The translations under genes and the position numbers were made by a program. This document shows positions 28,151 to 36,056 of a stretch of 49,868 nucleotides of DNA, one piece after another. The notes beneath the pieces were generated by a model. That model worked only from the letters and a program-made list of their open reading frames with translations. It searched no databases and was not told the origin of the DNA. Source of the DNA: a virus (taxonomy: Duplodnaviria > Caudoviricetes); the IMG/VR virus record IMGVR_UViG_3300014655_000001, positions 1 through 49,868 of that record; one strand, given 5' to 3'. Position 1 is the stretch's first letter. Every line of letters begins with the position of its first letter.

Positions 28151-28292
28151 GAGAGCTTATGCTCTCTAAGCCGCACGTAGCATATCGCAATGTGCCACAG
28201 CACCGTCGATGCTACAAAGAGGTACTATCATACATATGATACTTTATCCTCACAGTGCGGCTTAGAGAGTGTATGCGCGAAGCACACTCTAA
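28150..28292 (+). ncRNA. Structured intergenic RNA element (multibranch)
   Basis: Perfect 15-bp stem (28162-28176 / 28255-28269) enclosing two hairpins, with alternative flanking hairpins. Confidence 0.55.
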
Positions 28293-28305
28293 AAGGAGAA
28301 AACAT

Positions 28306-28716
28306 ATGCCAACAAACAAAGCATTCGTATCCGCGCTACGCGCTGTGGCGGATTTTATGGAGCAACACCCAGCGCTTGTGGCACCTCAGATTCCATACCT
28401 CTGCGCTTATAACGTAGAAGCAGAAGCTCTCAAAGCTATGGCTATGGTGCCGGGTATTCACAAGGAGAAAGAATATAGTGGTGATTCTTTCTACCTCAAA
28501 GCACAGATTCCGTATGATGCAGAAGATGGAGTTTCTACTGTGAATCTTATTTATCAAGGTGCACGCTCTGGTGTATGCAAGCGCAAAGTTGTAGGCACGA
28601 AGGTTGTACCTGAGGAATACGTGCCAGGATACACACGTGCACAATATACTGAGGAGATTGTAGAGTGGGAATGTGAGCCTCTCACAGCGCCTTCGGAAGC
28701 CGAAGAAACCTCCTAA
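28306..28716 (+). CDS. Hypothetical protein
   Basis: AAGGAG SD before the ATG at 28306 (MPTNKAF). C-terminus VCKRKVVGT...VEWEC. Confidence 0.75.
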   Translation: MPTNKAFVSALRAVADFMEQHPALVAPQIPYLCAYNVEAEALKAMAMVPGIHKEKEYSGDSFYLKAQIPYDAEDGVSTVNLIYQGARSGVCKRKVVGTKVVPEEYVPGYTRAQYTEEIVEWECEPLTAPSEAEETS

Positions 28717-28743
28717 ACAGTCGTAGAATCCACAACTTAACCC

Positions 28744-28772
28744 TTGACAACCACGCGGCGGCGGCGTACAAT
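28744..28772 (+). promoter_or_regulatory. Sigma70-type promoter
   Basis: TTGACA-17-TACAAT. Confidence 0.8.
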
Positions 28773-28814
28773 TAAGACATATGGGCCGCTCTACGCAGAC
28801 GTAGGAGAACTCAA

Positions 28815-29030
28815 ATGCCAGAATTAACAGTCAACCTCTCTATTAAGATTCAAGTAGCAGAGAAGCAGGATACAGAGTATTACCTTAATCCCATAACAAA
28901 CGAAGCTACTCCCTCTTTCATCGCGGATATTATGGATGAGATGGAGGATAGCTTCGCGGGGGAGGTTATCTCTGTGAATGGGCTCACTCAACAGCAAGTG
29001 CTTAAGAAGTTGCAAGAAGGTGTAGTCTAG
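28815..29030 (+). CDS. Small acidic hypothetical protein
   Basis: 71 aa with AGGAG SD. Confidence 0.7.
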   Translation: MPELTVNLSIKIQVAEKQDTEYYLNPITNEATPSFIADIMDEMEDSFAGEVISVNGLTQQQVLKKLQEGVV

Positions 29031-29037
29031 TCGTGGT

Positions 29038-29200
29038 AGAGAGTATACTTCCCGTACCTGGGAGGTGTATTCTCTAGGCACCTAGTATGAGAGACTCTTT
29101 TCTCCTAGTCCACCAGATGGACGGAACTGGGTAAGGCCAGCTAGGAGATTTCTCCCTCTCAGAGTTCCCTGACAAGAACTCCTAGGTGCCTAGAGAGTAC
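29038..29200 (+). ncRNA. Structured intergenic RNA element (nested multibranch)
   Basis: 19-bp closing stem (29067-29085 / 29182-29200) with nested stems. G-U pairs favour a plus-strand RNA. Confidence 0.6.
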
Positions 29201-29308
29201 AAGCGCCTCGGCGCTATGCTCTAATCCCTCTGGGGATTTGAATTGCAATTCAAATAGCAACAAAAATTCACAACGAAACCGCTACGGCGGAAGGAGCAGA
29301 AGAAACAT

Positions 29309-29920
29309 ATGGCTACAATTACAGCAGACGTAACAGCAGCAGGCGCAGGCTCTCTCTCTTCAGAGAAAGTCACTACTCGTCGGTATGTGAAGTTTGGTAC
29401 TGACAAGGAAGGCAAGACTGTAATTGAAGAACAGCGTGTTCTTGCTGAAGCAGATAGCAAGGATAAGAAAACTAACCTTGCTGTAAACTGGCAGAAAGCA
29501 GAAGACGACGGTTTCGTTCTCTTCTCGCAGAATGATGCCGTGGTGTATACTGTAAAGGATTCTTCAGGGTTTGAACTCCTATGCCCTGATGAGGAAATTC
29601 GCATGTACATCATTAACACTGGTCTTTCGACCATCCAGACTGCTCGCGCACAGGCGTATATGAAGGCGAATGCTGAAAATACTCCTGAGCCAGAGCCGCT
29701 GTACAATGACTCTACTCTTGATCTCCGCACGGGCGTTGGGGAGGATGGGGAGTATAGCATTAACAAGACTCCTTCTCGTCGCTCCCTCTCCGATATGGAG
29801 AAGCTCATCAAGTCTCTTCGCGCTCTTGGTTTGAGTGATGAAGCGATGAAGGATGTGCTTATCTCTTATGCGAAGGCAAAGAGTGAAGTCACGGAGGCTA
29901 CGGCGGAAGCTGCAGCGTAG
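29309..29920 (+). CDS. Acidic hypothetical protein
   Basis: 203 aa with AAGGAG SD. Confidence 0.8.
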   Translation: MATITADVTAAGAGSLSSEKVTTRRYVKFGTDKEGKTVIEEQRVLAEADSKDKKTNLAVNWQKAEDDGFVLFSQNDAVVYTVKDSSGFELLCPDEEIRMYIINTGLSTIQTARAQAYMKANAENTPEPEPLYNDSTLDLRTGVGEDGEYSINKTPSRRSLSDMEKLIKSLRALGLSDEAMKDVLISYAKAKSEVTEATAEAAA

Positions 29921-29977
29921 TACGGCGGCGCAAGCCGCTACTAATACAGGGAGTGCTTTCACAGGCTCCCTGATTAT

Positions 29978-30048
29978 GCTAGGGATAATTCAATCGGTAG
30001 AACGCTCGGCGCAGAGCAGTTGTAGGTTCAAATCCTACTCCCTAGCAC
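29978..30048 (+). tRNA. tRNA-like RNA with truncated anticodon arm
   Basis: Acceptor GCTAGGGA/TCCCTAGC, D arm TTC-AATCGGTA-GAA, T arm GTAGG-TTCAAAT-CCTAC. The anticodon arm is only GCTC-GGCGCA-GAGC. Confidence 0.8.
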
Positions 30049-30124
30049 GGCCCCACAGAGTAGCCTTCACGTGGCGGGGCTGAGTACGTAGACGAGATAA
30101 GAATCTCATACGTAGCTAATACTC
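30049..30124 (+). ncRNA. HDV-like (theta-type) self-cleaving ribozyme
   Basis: P1 GGCCCC/GGGGCT with G1-U wobble, P2 GAGTA/TACTC, P3 GCC/GGC, L3 TTCACGT, P1.1 TC/GA, P4 TACGTA/TACGTA, J4/2 GCTAA (catalytic C30116). Confidence 0.9.
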
Positions 30125-30258
30125 TAGTGCTAGACTAGCACACAGCCGGGGATACGGGAGTCCAAGGCCCGTATCTTAAACGAGACAATAAATCTGCCCG
30201 GCACTCAAACAGTAACACAACCTCTACCCGCGCCGCGGGAGAAAAGTAGGTAGGAAAC

Positions 30259-30825
30259 ATGTATGTATACTATGAGCATCTAAAAGATGCCACAGGCAAG
30301 ATTGTCCTTACAGAGCTACGTCTCTCTTCTAAGGGAGATGGCTCTCTCTGGATTAACATTAAAAACAGTATGGAGAATCTTAGATTCAAACTTTGTGTCC
30401 CCGTACTCAAACAGCCAGACTCCAGTCTCCGCACATTTGACGAAACCACGAAAGTGTGGAGCTATACTGGAAACGTGGGAGCAGTAGTTCTCTCCGCCTT
30501 AAAAGCTGTGTGTGCCTCTGTTGGCGGTATCACTGAAGTAGCTGTAGAAGACTTAGCAGAGCAGTGTCGCTCAGGATGTATTCGGTTTGATAGCAGGAAG
30601 AAAGCTCAAAAAGCAGAGGACTTCTTCTATAATCACGGTGTACCTGCTTCTTCGCCTACGCTTACTAAGGAACAAATCACAGCGAAGCTACAGGAGATGC
30701 TTGGTAGCGTGATTGACAAGAGCGCCTATAGGAAAGCGGCGGTGAGATTTCACCCGGACCGGAATAATGGAGATGGGTCGAAAATGTCAGAGCTTAATAT
30801 GCTTTGGCAGATGTATAATGCATAA
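30259..30825 (+). CDS. Protein with C-terminal J-domain (HPD)
   Basis: KSAYRKAAVRFHPDRNNGDGSKMSELNMLWQ matches J-domain helices II-III. Confidence 0.8.
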   Translation: MYVYYEHLKDATGKIVLTELRLSSKGDGSLWINIKNSMENLRFKLCVPVLKQPDSSLRTFDETTKVWSYTGNVGAVVLSALKAVCASVGGITEVAVEDLAEQCRSGCIRFDSRKKAQKAEDFFYNHGVPASSPTLTKEQITAKLQEMLGSVIDKSAYRKAAVRFHPDRNNGDGSKMSELNMLWQMYNA

Positions 30826-30834
30826 GGAGAAAAC

Positions 30835-31047
30835 ATGCCAGTTGAAGTTGGAAATTGCAAAAAGCATCAGTTTAAACTTATGAATAACTGTGCTATACGT
30901 TGCGATGATTGCAATAGCTATACTACAGCAGTTTATAAGCGTGGACTTCCAGATATTCTTATATGCTTTAATTGTCGTAAAGTATATGAGCTGATGGCTG
31001 GAGAGTTAGTACAAGAGGAGAAACCAAATGGGATTTCAAATCGGTAA
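30835..31047 (+). CDS. Small zinc-ribbon protein
   Basis: CxxH, CDDC and CFNC motifs; AAGGAG SD. Confidence 0.7.
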   Translation: MPVEVGNCKKHQFKLMNNCAIRCDDCNSYTTAVYKRGLPDILICFNCRKVYELMAGELVQEEKPNGISNR

Positions 31048-31804
31048 CGTCAAAAACCCTCAAGATGCCAAGCGCGCTGCTATAGAAGCAACTCGCGCAG
31101 CATCTAAGGGTCAGAAGCCAGACGCTCTTATTCAGTACATAGCGCCTGACAAGTGCCCAGATAGGAACCGCATAGTCTTTGACGACAGCAGTTCTATGGG
31201 TGGACAAATCCAAAATGCTAAGAAGGGCGTAGTAGAGTTCCTTCGCAACGGCATTCCCAACCAAACTGCGGTGGCAGTACACTTTATGAATACTTCACAC
31301 TGGAATACCACACTCAGGAGTGATTTACCTGTCCTGGGTGTTGATATTGAAGAGTGTGAGCTTTTTAGTGGCGGAACACCGTTCTTTAACACGCTGAAGA
31401 AAGCGTTACAAGCCACTCCCACACTCACACGCCTTATAGCTTTCACAGACGGTGCTCCTACAGACAGTCTAGAAGCTGATGAGGACGAGGAAGCAGCCGT
31501 ACAGGGATACCACTCTCACCAGTCTGACACGTGGAAAGCCTCAGCGAATGTAATCATTAAGATCGCACACGCTGTAGGCGGAGAGAAGCCTATTCCAATC
31601 GACACAGTATACTTCGGCGGCGGTAATGAACGTAACATGAATCTCCTGCGTTATCTCAGTGATAATACAGGCGGCTATTTCCTCCATTTTGACCCTGCTA
31701 AGGTAAACTTCAAAACAGCATTCAAGTATCTCGCACCAGTCAACAGGCTTCGCCTTACAAGTGAAAGCTTCAGAGCATCCCTAGAGAGAGGAGAACAGCA
31801 ATGA
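31028..31804 (+). CDS. von Willebrand factor A (vWA) domain protein
   Basis: MIDAS motif IVFDDSSSM, GGTP, IAFTDG, IDTVYFG and L-x-x-LS-x-x-TGG-x-F. Confidence 0.88.
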   Translation: MGFQIGNVKNPQDAKRAAIEATRAASKGQKPDALIQYIAPDKCPDRNRIVFDDSSSMGGQIQNAKKGVVEFLRNGIPNQTAVAVHFMNTSHWNTTLRSDLPVLGVDIEECELFSGGTPFFNTLKKALQATPTLTRLIAFTDGAPTDSLEADEDEEAAVQGYHSHQSDTWKASANVIIKIAHAVGGEKPIPIDTVYFGGGNERNMNLLRYLSDNTGGYFLHFDPAKVNFKTAFKYLAPVNRLRLTSESFRASLERGEQQ

Positions 31805-31917
31805 CACCACAAACCCAAGACTTAATCTACGTATTCTGTATTCTAGGAGTCATGTGGGTTATATTTTTCGTACTCGCATGTTACTCCGATTGGAGAGACA
31901 AAAATGACAACCATTAG
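31801..31917 (+). CDS. Small single-TM protein (38 aa, not in ORF track)
   Basis: GAGGAG SD and ATGA overlap. MTPQTQDLIYVFCILGVMWVIFFVLACYSDWRDKNDNH. Confidence 0.6.
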   Translation: MTPQTQDLIYVFCILGVMWVIFFVLACYSDWRDKNDNH

Positions 31918-31966
31918 AAAACTAGCTGAATTCCCTGAATTACAAGATTTAAACAGGAGATTTTAA

Positions 31967-33145
31967 ATGCTCCCAAGTGAAGCAGCTTTAAAACAGAAAT
32001 CCCTCATAGAGCAGTACCCGCCGGAGATACAGAAGCAAATACACATCCTAACCATGAAGTGTGTCTCTCTCGGTGTTCCTGCTCTATTCACTCGAATGCT
32101 AGAGGGACCAGTTGTACGTACCTTTTTCTTCCAACCACAGGGACTCGCACTCTATGGCCCACTCATGTCTAAGGAAGAAGAAATAGCTGGTTCCCTCGGC
32201 GTAGAGTCTGTGCGCGTGGAGCGTGTGCTAGGAGAAATCTCTATCGCCGTCCCACGCGTCGACAGACAACTTATCGAGTTTGATAAGTGTCTCCACACTA
32301 TGCTAACCTCTCCCATCACTAAAGAAATGGCCCTCCCACTCTTAATGGGTCAAACTACAAACGGAGAGCATTTATATGCTGATTTGGCTGCACAACCGCA
32401 TTTGCTTATTGCTGGAACAACTGGTTCTGGCAAATCCGTGTACACGGCACAGCTTATCTGTTCGCTTGCACTCTTTCGTACTCCTGAAGAGCTTGAGTTT
32501 GTGCTTGTGGATACAAAGAATCTTGACCTAGTACTCTTCAAACCACTAGAGCATGTCAAGTATGTCCTTAATAACATACAAGACCTGCGAACGGCGCTTC
32601 AGGAGCTTCTCGCCACAGTTAGGCTCAGAAACACGCAAATGAGCGGCTTAGCTAGAAACATTAGCGAGTGGAATACTATGTGCTCTGGTATAGCTCCAAG
32701 CAAAAAACTAATGTACAAAATCCTAATTATTGACGAACTTGCCGACGTTTTTATGCAGGATCGCGCATACCTTAGCCAGTTTAAGAAGAACGAACGTCCA
32801 CCTGCTATTGAAGACCTAGTACAACAAATCCTCCAAATCAGCCGCGCCGCCGGAGTGCATCTAATACTAGCGACGCAACAACCTTCAGTCAAAATCATAT
32901 CTGGAGTAATGAAAGCCAATGCTCCGGCGCGCGTAGCTTTTAAGCTACCCTCAATGTCTGACAGTCGAGTTATCCTAGACGAGAACGGTGCACAAGACCT
33001 TTTAGGGCTAGGAGATTACTTGTATAAGATCGCAGGCTCCGATACCGTAAAGCGCGCGCACAGCGCCTACGTTAGCACGACAGACATTGCAACCATAATT
33101 GCACAAAACGAGATGATAAGAATGCAATACAAGGAGTTTGTATGA
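31967..33145 (+). CDS. FtsK/SpoIIIE-family ATPase (alpha-beta motor only)
   Basis: EGPVV...RV...I-x-VP alpha domain, PHLLIAGTTGSGKS, ILIIDELAD, RAAGVHLILATQQPS, DSRVILD-x-x-GA-x-x-LLG-x-GD. Confidence 0.92.
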   Translation: MLPSEAALKQKSLIEQYPPEIQKQIHILTMKCVSLGVPALFTRMLEGPVVRTFFFQPQGLALYGPLMSKEEEIAGSLGVESVRVERVLGEISIAVPRVDRQLIEFDKCLHTMLTSPITKEMALPLLMGQTTNGEHLYADLAAQPHLLIAGTTGSGKSVYTAQLICSLALFRTPEELEFVLVDTKNLDLVLFKPLEHVKYVLNNIQDLRTALQELLATVRLRNTQMSGLARNISEWNTMCSGIAPSKKLMYKILIIDELADVFMQDRAYLSQFKKNERPPAIEDLVQQILQISRAAGVHLILATQQPSVKIISGVMKANAPARVAFKLPSMSDSRVILDENGAQDLLGLGDYLYKIAGSDTVKRAHSAYVSTTDIATIIAQNEMIRMQYKEFV

Positions 33146-33252
33146 GCTTTTACTACGACAACCAAACCCGTTCCCAAGCCGAGAGCTTGATAGAGAAACA
33201 ACGACTAGGAGATGAATCAGCTATGGATGAAGTGGCGGAGGTTGAGGAATGA
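33142..33252 (+). CDS. Small acidic peptide (36 aa, not in ORF track)
   Basis: AAGGAG SD. Start and stop overlap both neighbours. Confidence 0.5.
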   Translation: MSFYYDNQTRSQAESLIEKQRLGDESAMDEVAEVEE

Positions 33253-33626
33253 AGTATACCTACGATCGCTACTGGGGCATCTTCACACGCCCAGCACTCG
33301 CACCTAACGTAACTCCAGAACTCTGTGGCTATGCCTACAGCGGCCACGAGGGAGCACTTAACGATATACACAAACAAAACATTCAAGGCATCGGCCCACT
33401 ACCAGCAGGTACTTACGTCATTAGTCGCATCTATGACGATCCCGAACGTGGAAATCACACTTGCGAGCTTCTTCCACAAACCACTAATAAAATGTACGGA
33501 CGCAGCGGATTCCTAATCCACGGCGACACAGCAGCAGAAGCACACAACGCTTCCGACGGCTGCATTATAGCACCATTCAGTGTTCGTAGCATGTTTGCGA
33601 TTCAAGATATAATTGAAGTCGTCTAG
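33249..33626 (+). CDS. Tlde1/DUF2778-like L,D-transpeptidase-fold peptidase
   Basis: YSG...GPLPAGTY-x-I...GRSGFLIHGD...ASDGCII (catalytic His...S-x-GC). Confidence 0.82.
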   Translation: MKYTYDRYWGIFTRPALAPNVTPELCGYAYSGHEGALNDIHKQNIQGIGPLPAGTYVISRIYDDPERGNHTCELLPQTTNKMYGRSGFLIHGDTAAEAHNASDGCIIAPFSVRSMFAIQDIIEVV

Positions 33627-33695
33627 TGCGCGTGAGAGGGCTTTAGGAAGTATACCAGAGGCGACCCCCCTCCCGTCTGGTCAAAAAGGGACACT

Positions 33696-33766
33696 TTGCA
33701 ACCCCTTTGTTTTGAAGGGGTTGCAAGACTCCCGCGCTTGACACCCCCGAAAAAGGGGTGTATACT
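33696..33766 (+). promoter_or_regulatory. Sigma70 promoter with two palindromic operator-like sites
   Basis: TTGACA(33738)-17-TATACT(33761) with ACACCCC/GGGGTGT IR across the spacer. Upstream 12-bp IR TTGCAACCCCTT/AAGGGGTTGCAA. Confidence 0.8.
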
Positions 33767-33773
33767 CTTGTTT

Positions 33774-33947
33774 ATGCCCTCTAAGAGCCGTTCGACCGTC
33801 GCCGTGACCGTTCGCATCCTCCGCACCCAAGAGGACGCCTTAAATCGAGAAAATCACGGTTTTACTAGCAGAAGTGAGTTAGTAAGACTCCTTCTGCAAC
33901 TTTATCTCGACGGTCAAATTCCTATCTTCAAGCCCTCCCCACAATAA
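33774..33947 (+). CDS. Ribbon-helix-helix (CopG/Arc-like) regulator
   Basis: VAVTVRI strand followed by helices and SRSELVRLLL; 57 aa; leaderless position. Confidence 0.72.
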   Translation: MPSKSRSTVAVTVRILRTQEDALNRENHGFTSRSELVRLLLQLYLDGQIPIFKPSPQ

Positions 33948-33997
33948 AAAACCGTAGCGTAAAAGCAGTCTACGCGCTAGGCGCGTGCAGGAGCTTT

Positions 33998-34720
33998 ATG
34001 TCAGAATTTCAAGAATCAGAAGAATCTGTGGATGAGTTATTTGTGCCTACGGATGAGGCTATCCCTGTCACAGCCGAGGAAGCAGCGTCCCTCGGCGTGG
34101 CTCAGGATGAAAACAAGGAACCTGAAGAACCACACATAGCACAGCTTGTGTGTGATGTATGTCTCGAATTAAACTTAACTACGAAGGCTGTAGTTGAGAA
34201 GTGTGTGAGATGTGGACAAGCGTTCTGCTTTCACTTTCAGTCTGCTATAGATAGCCAGTATTGTGTGAACTGCATGTCTGATGTAAGTGTCACCAAGAGT
34301 GTGATAACAAAGACATACACGCACACAAATCAAGAGACTGGTGAACAATCATTTTACAGGCGCCGCGCACGTGAGATAAAGATTGATGGCCTAAGCTGGC
34401 TATTCGCGCAGCGTAAAATTGTAGAGCTTTCAGATGTAGAACTAGATATGGCGATTGAGTATCATCGCAATATCTACTCCCTAATGATGGACGAAGCAGA
34501 GCGGCGGCGGAATGAGAAGATGCACCGCTATGCTAACACACCTTTCAAGATTCCCACTCCCACTACAACTAAGGTTACGGACAACACACAGACGACTGTG
34601 AAGAAGTCTAGAACTACGTCTAAGACCAAGGCGGGGGAGACTGTAGCAGCACTCCTACAGAGTATGCTTGCCAAAGGTATGACAATAGAACAGATCATAG
34701 CGGCGGCAACGAAGAAGTGA
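33998..34720 (+). CDS. Zinc-finger protein with acidic N-terminus
   Basis: CDVC...CVRC...FCFH...CVNC. Confidence 0.75.
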   Translation: MSEFQESEESVDELFVPTDEAIPVTAEEAASLGVAQDENKEPEEPHIAQLVCDVCLELNLTTKAVVEKCVRCGQAFCFHFQSAIDSQYCVNCMSDVSVTKSVITKTYTHTNQETGEQSFYRRRAREIKIDGLSWLFAQRKIVELSDVELDMAIEYHRNIYSLMMDEAERRRNEKMHRYANTPFKIPTPTTTKVTDNTQTTVKKSRTTSKTKAGETVAALLQSMLAKGMTIEQIIAAATKK

Positions 34721-35859
34721 GCATTCTACGTGGCAAGCCGTATGTAGCAGGGGAAGTGCCTACTACTTTAAGAGCATTTATTGACAAGGAGAACAAAGTG
34801 AAACCCAGCGGTCAGTTGTTAGATTTCCTAGAGCGTACACCGCTACCGTGGCTCAGGTATGATACTGAGAAGCAGAAACTAATCATGGTAGTGGATAATC
34901 ACTTGATGAGCACGTATAGGGCTTGTCCTCAACACTTCATGCTTTCTCATGTTTATGGCTGGAAGCGTAAAAGTGACAAACTCATTGACGGAGTGGAGCG
35001 TAATTGGTTTTTAGATTTCGGTATTCTCTTGCACAAAATGCTAGAGATTTATTACCAGAATTTCAAAAACCCAGATTTTGACGTACAAACGTGGGCAGTT
35101 AACAGAACTATAAATGAATGGTCTGAGATGCAGATGGACGTACACTCAGAACATAAAGAATATAAAGCAATGGGTGGCAGCGCAGGCTTAGTGGGACTAC
35201 TAATACAATACGCCACATACATGAGTCCTTTGAATGAGAAGCTGCGAGTTCTAGGTACAGAAGTTAGCTTCGGTAAGAATCTGGAAGTCAAGCTAGGTAT
35301 TGTAGTAGAACCTTACTGTGAGGTTTATCTAGCAGGCCGCATGGATATGATTGTAGATGATGGTTACTTTATCTGTCCTCTAGATCATAAGACGATGGGA
35401 ACTTTCCGCGGCGACCCAGGACTACGCTTTGAGACTGACGAAGGTCCAACTGGTTATATCTACGCTCTCAAGACTGTACTACCTTCACTTCTACCAGAAG
35501 ACGAAATACTGAAGCGCGATTGTACTAAGATTCTGATGAATCTCATTAGCAAAGCCGCGACTAGCAATCCAACAGAAAGATTCAAGCGTATACCGATTCG
35601 TAAAACTGAATGGCAGCTTGAACAATATCGCTGGAGAATGATTAACACAGCAACAAAGCTACTAGCAGACGTTAACGTCGTAGCTAATGAGTTGGCTGTG
35701 GATAGAAACACGCAAGTATGTCAAAACTGGATGCACCTTAATTGTCAGTACCTTGACATATGCCGACAACAGTCCCACGATGCGGAGCTTAGTACTTTGA
35801 AGAACGGCTTCGTACAAGTAAGGCTTTGGGACACTGAGGAGGTTGCACCAACGACATGA
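34717..35859 (+). CDS. PD-(D/E)XK Cas4/RecB-like exonuclease
   Basis: ACP...FG-x-x-LH...E...GRMDMIV...LDHKT, with C-terminal C-x6-C-x-Y-x-x-x-C. An alternative GTG start lies at 34798. Confidence 0.85.
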   Translation: MSILRGKPYVAGEVPTTLRAFIDKENKVKPSGQLLDFLERTPLPWLRYDTEKQKLIMVVDNHLMSTYRACPQHFMLSHVYGWKRKSDKLIDGVERNWFLDFGILLHKMLEIYYQNFKNPDFDVQTWAVNRTINEWSEMQMDVHSEHKEYKAMGGSAGLVGLLIQYATYMSPLNEKLRVLGTEVSFGKNLEVKLGIVVEPYCEVYLAGRMDMIVDDGYFICPLDHKTMGTFRGDPGLRFETDEGPTGYIYALKTVLPSLLPEDEILKRDCTKILMNLISKAATSNPTERFKRIPIRKTEWQLEQYRWRMINTATKLLADVNVVANELAVDRNTQVCQNWMHLNCQYLDICRQQSHDAELSTLKNGFVQVRLWDTEEVAPTT

Positions 35860-36056
35860 AACTATGTAACGATAATCAACCAGAATATCCGTATAAAACT
35901 TGTAACTTACCGGAAGGTCACTCTGGAAATCATCATCATGAATACGTGAATCCAGGTTGTAGATGGATAGGCGTATATACATGGTTCAATTCTAATCTAG
36001 GAGCAGGAGAAAGAAGGAGTAATGCCAACTACAAAACAATTCACCGCCCTCGTTGA
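35856..36056 (+). CDS. Small C2H2-type protein (C...C-x4-GHSG-x-H)
   Basis: 66 aa with ATGA coupling. Confidence 0.65.
   Translation: MKLCNDNQPEYPYKTCNLPEGHSGNHHHEYVNPGCRWIGVYTWFNSNLGAGERRSNANYKTIHRPR

Noticed and set aside
29921-29976. Twister or twister-sister ribozyme 5' of the tRNA mimic (GCGCAAGCC, TAATAC)
   Set aside because: The required pseudoknot partners and conserved junctions could not be assigned. It reads as two simple hairpins.
30140-30205. Pistol or twister ribozyme
   Set aside because: The loop AGTCCAAGG has no downstream complement for the pseudoknot.
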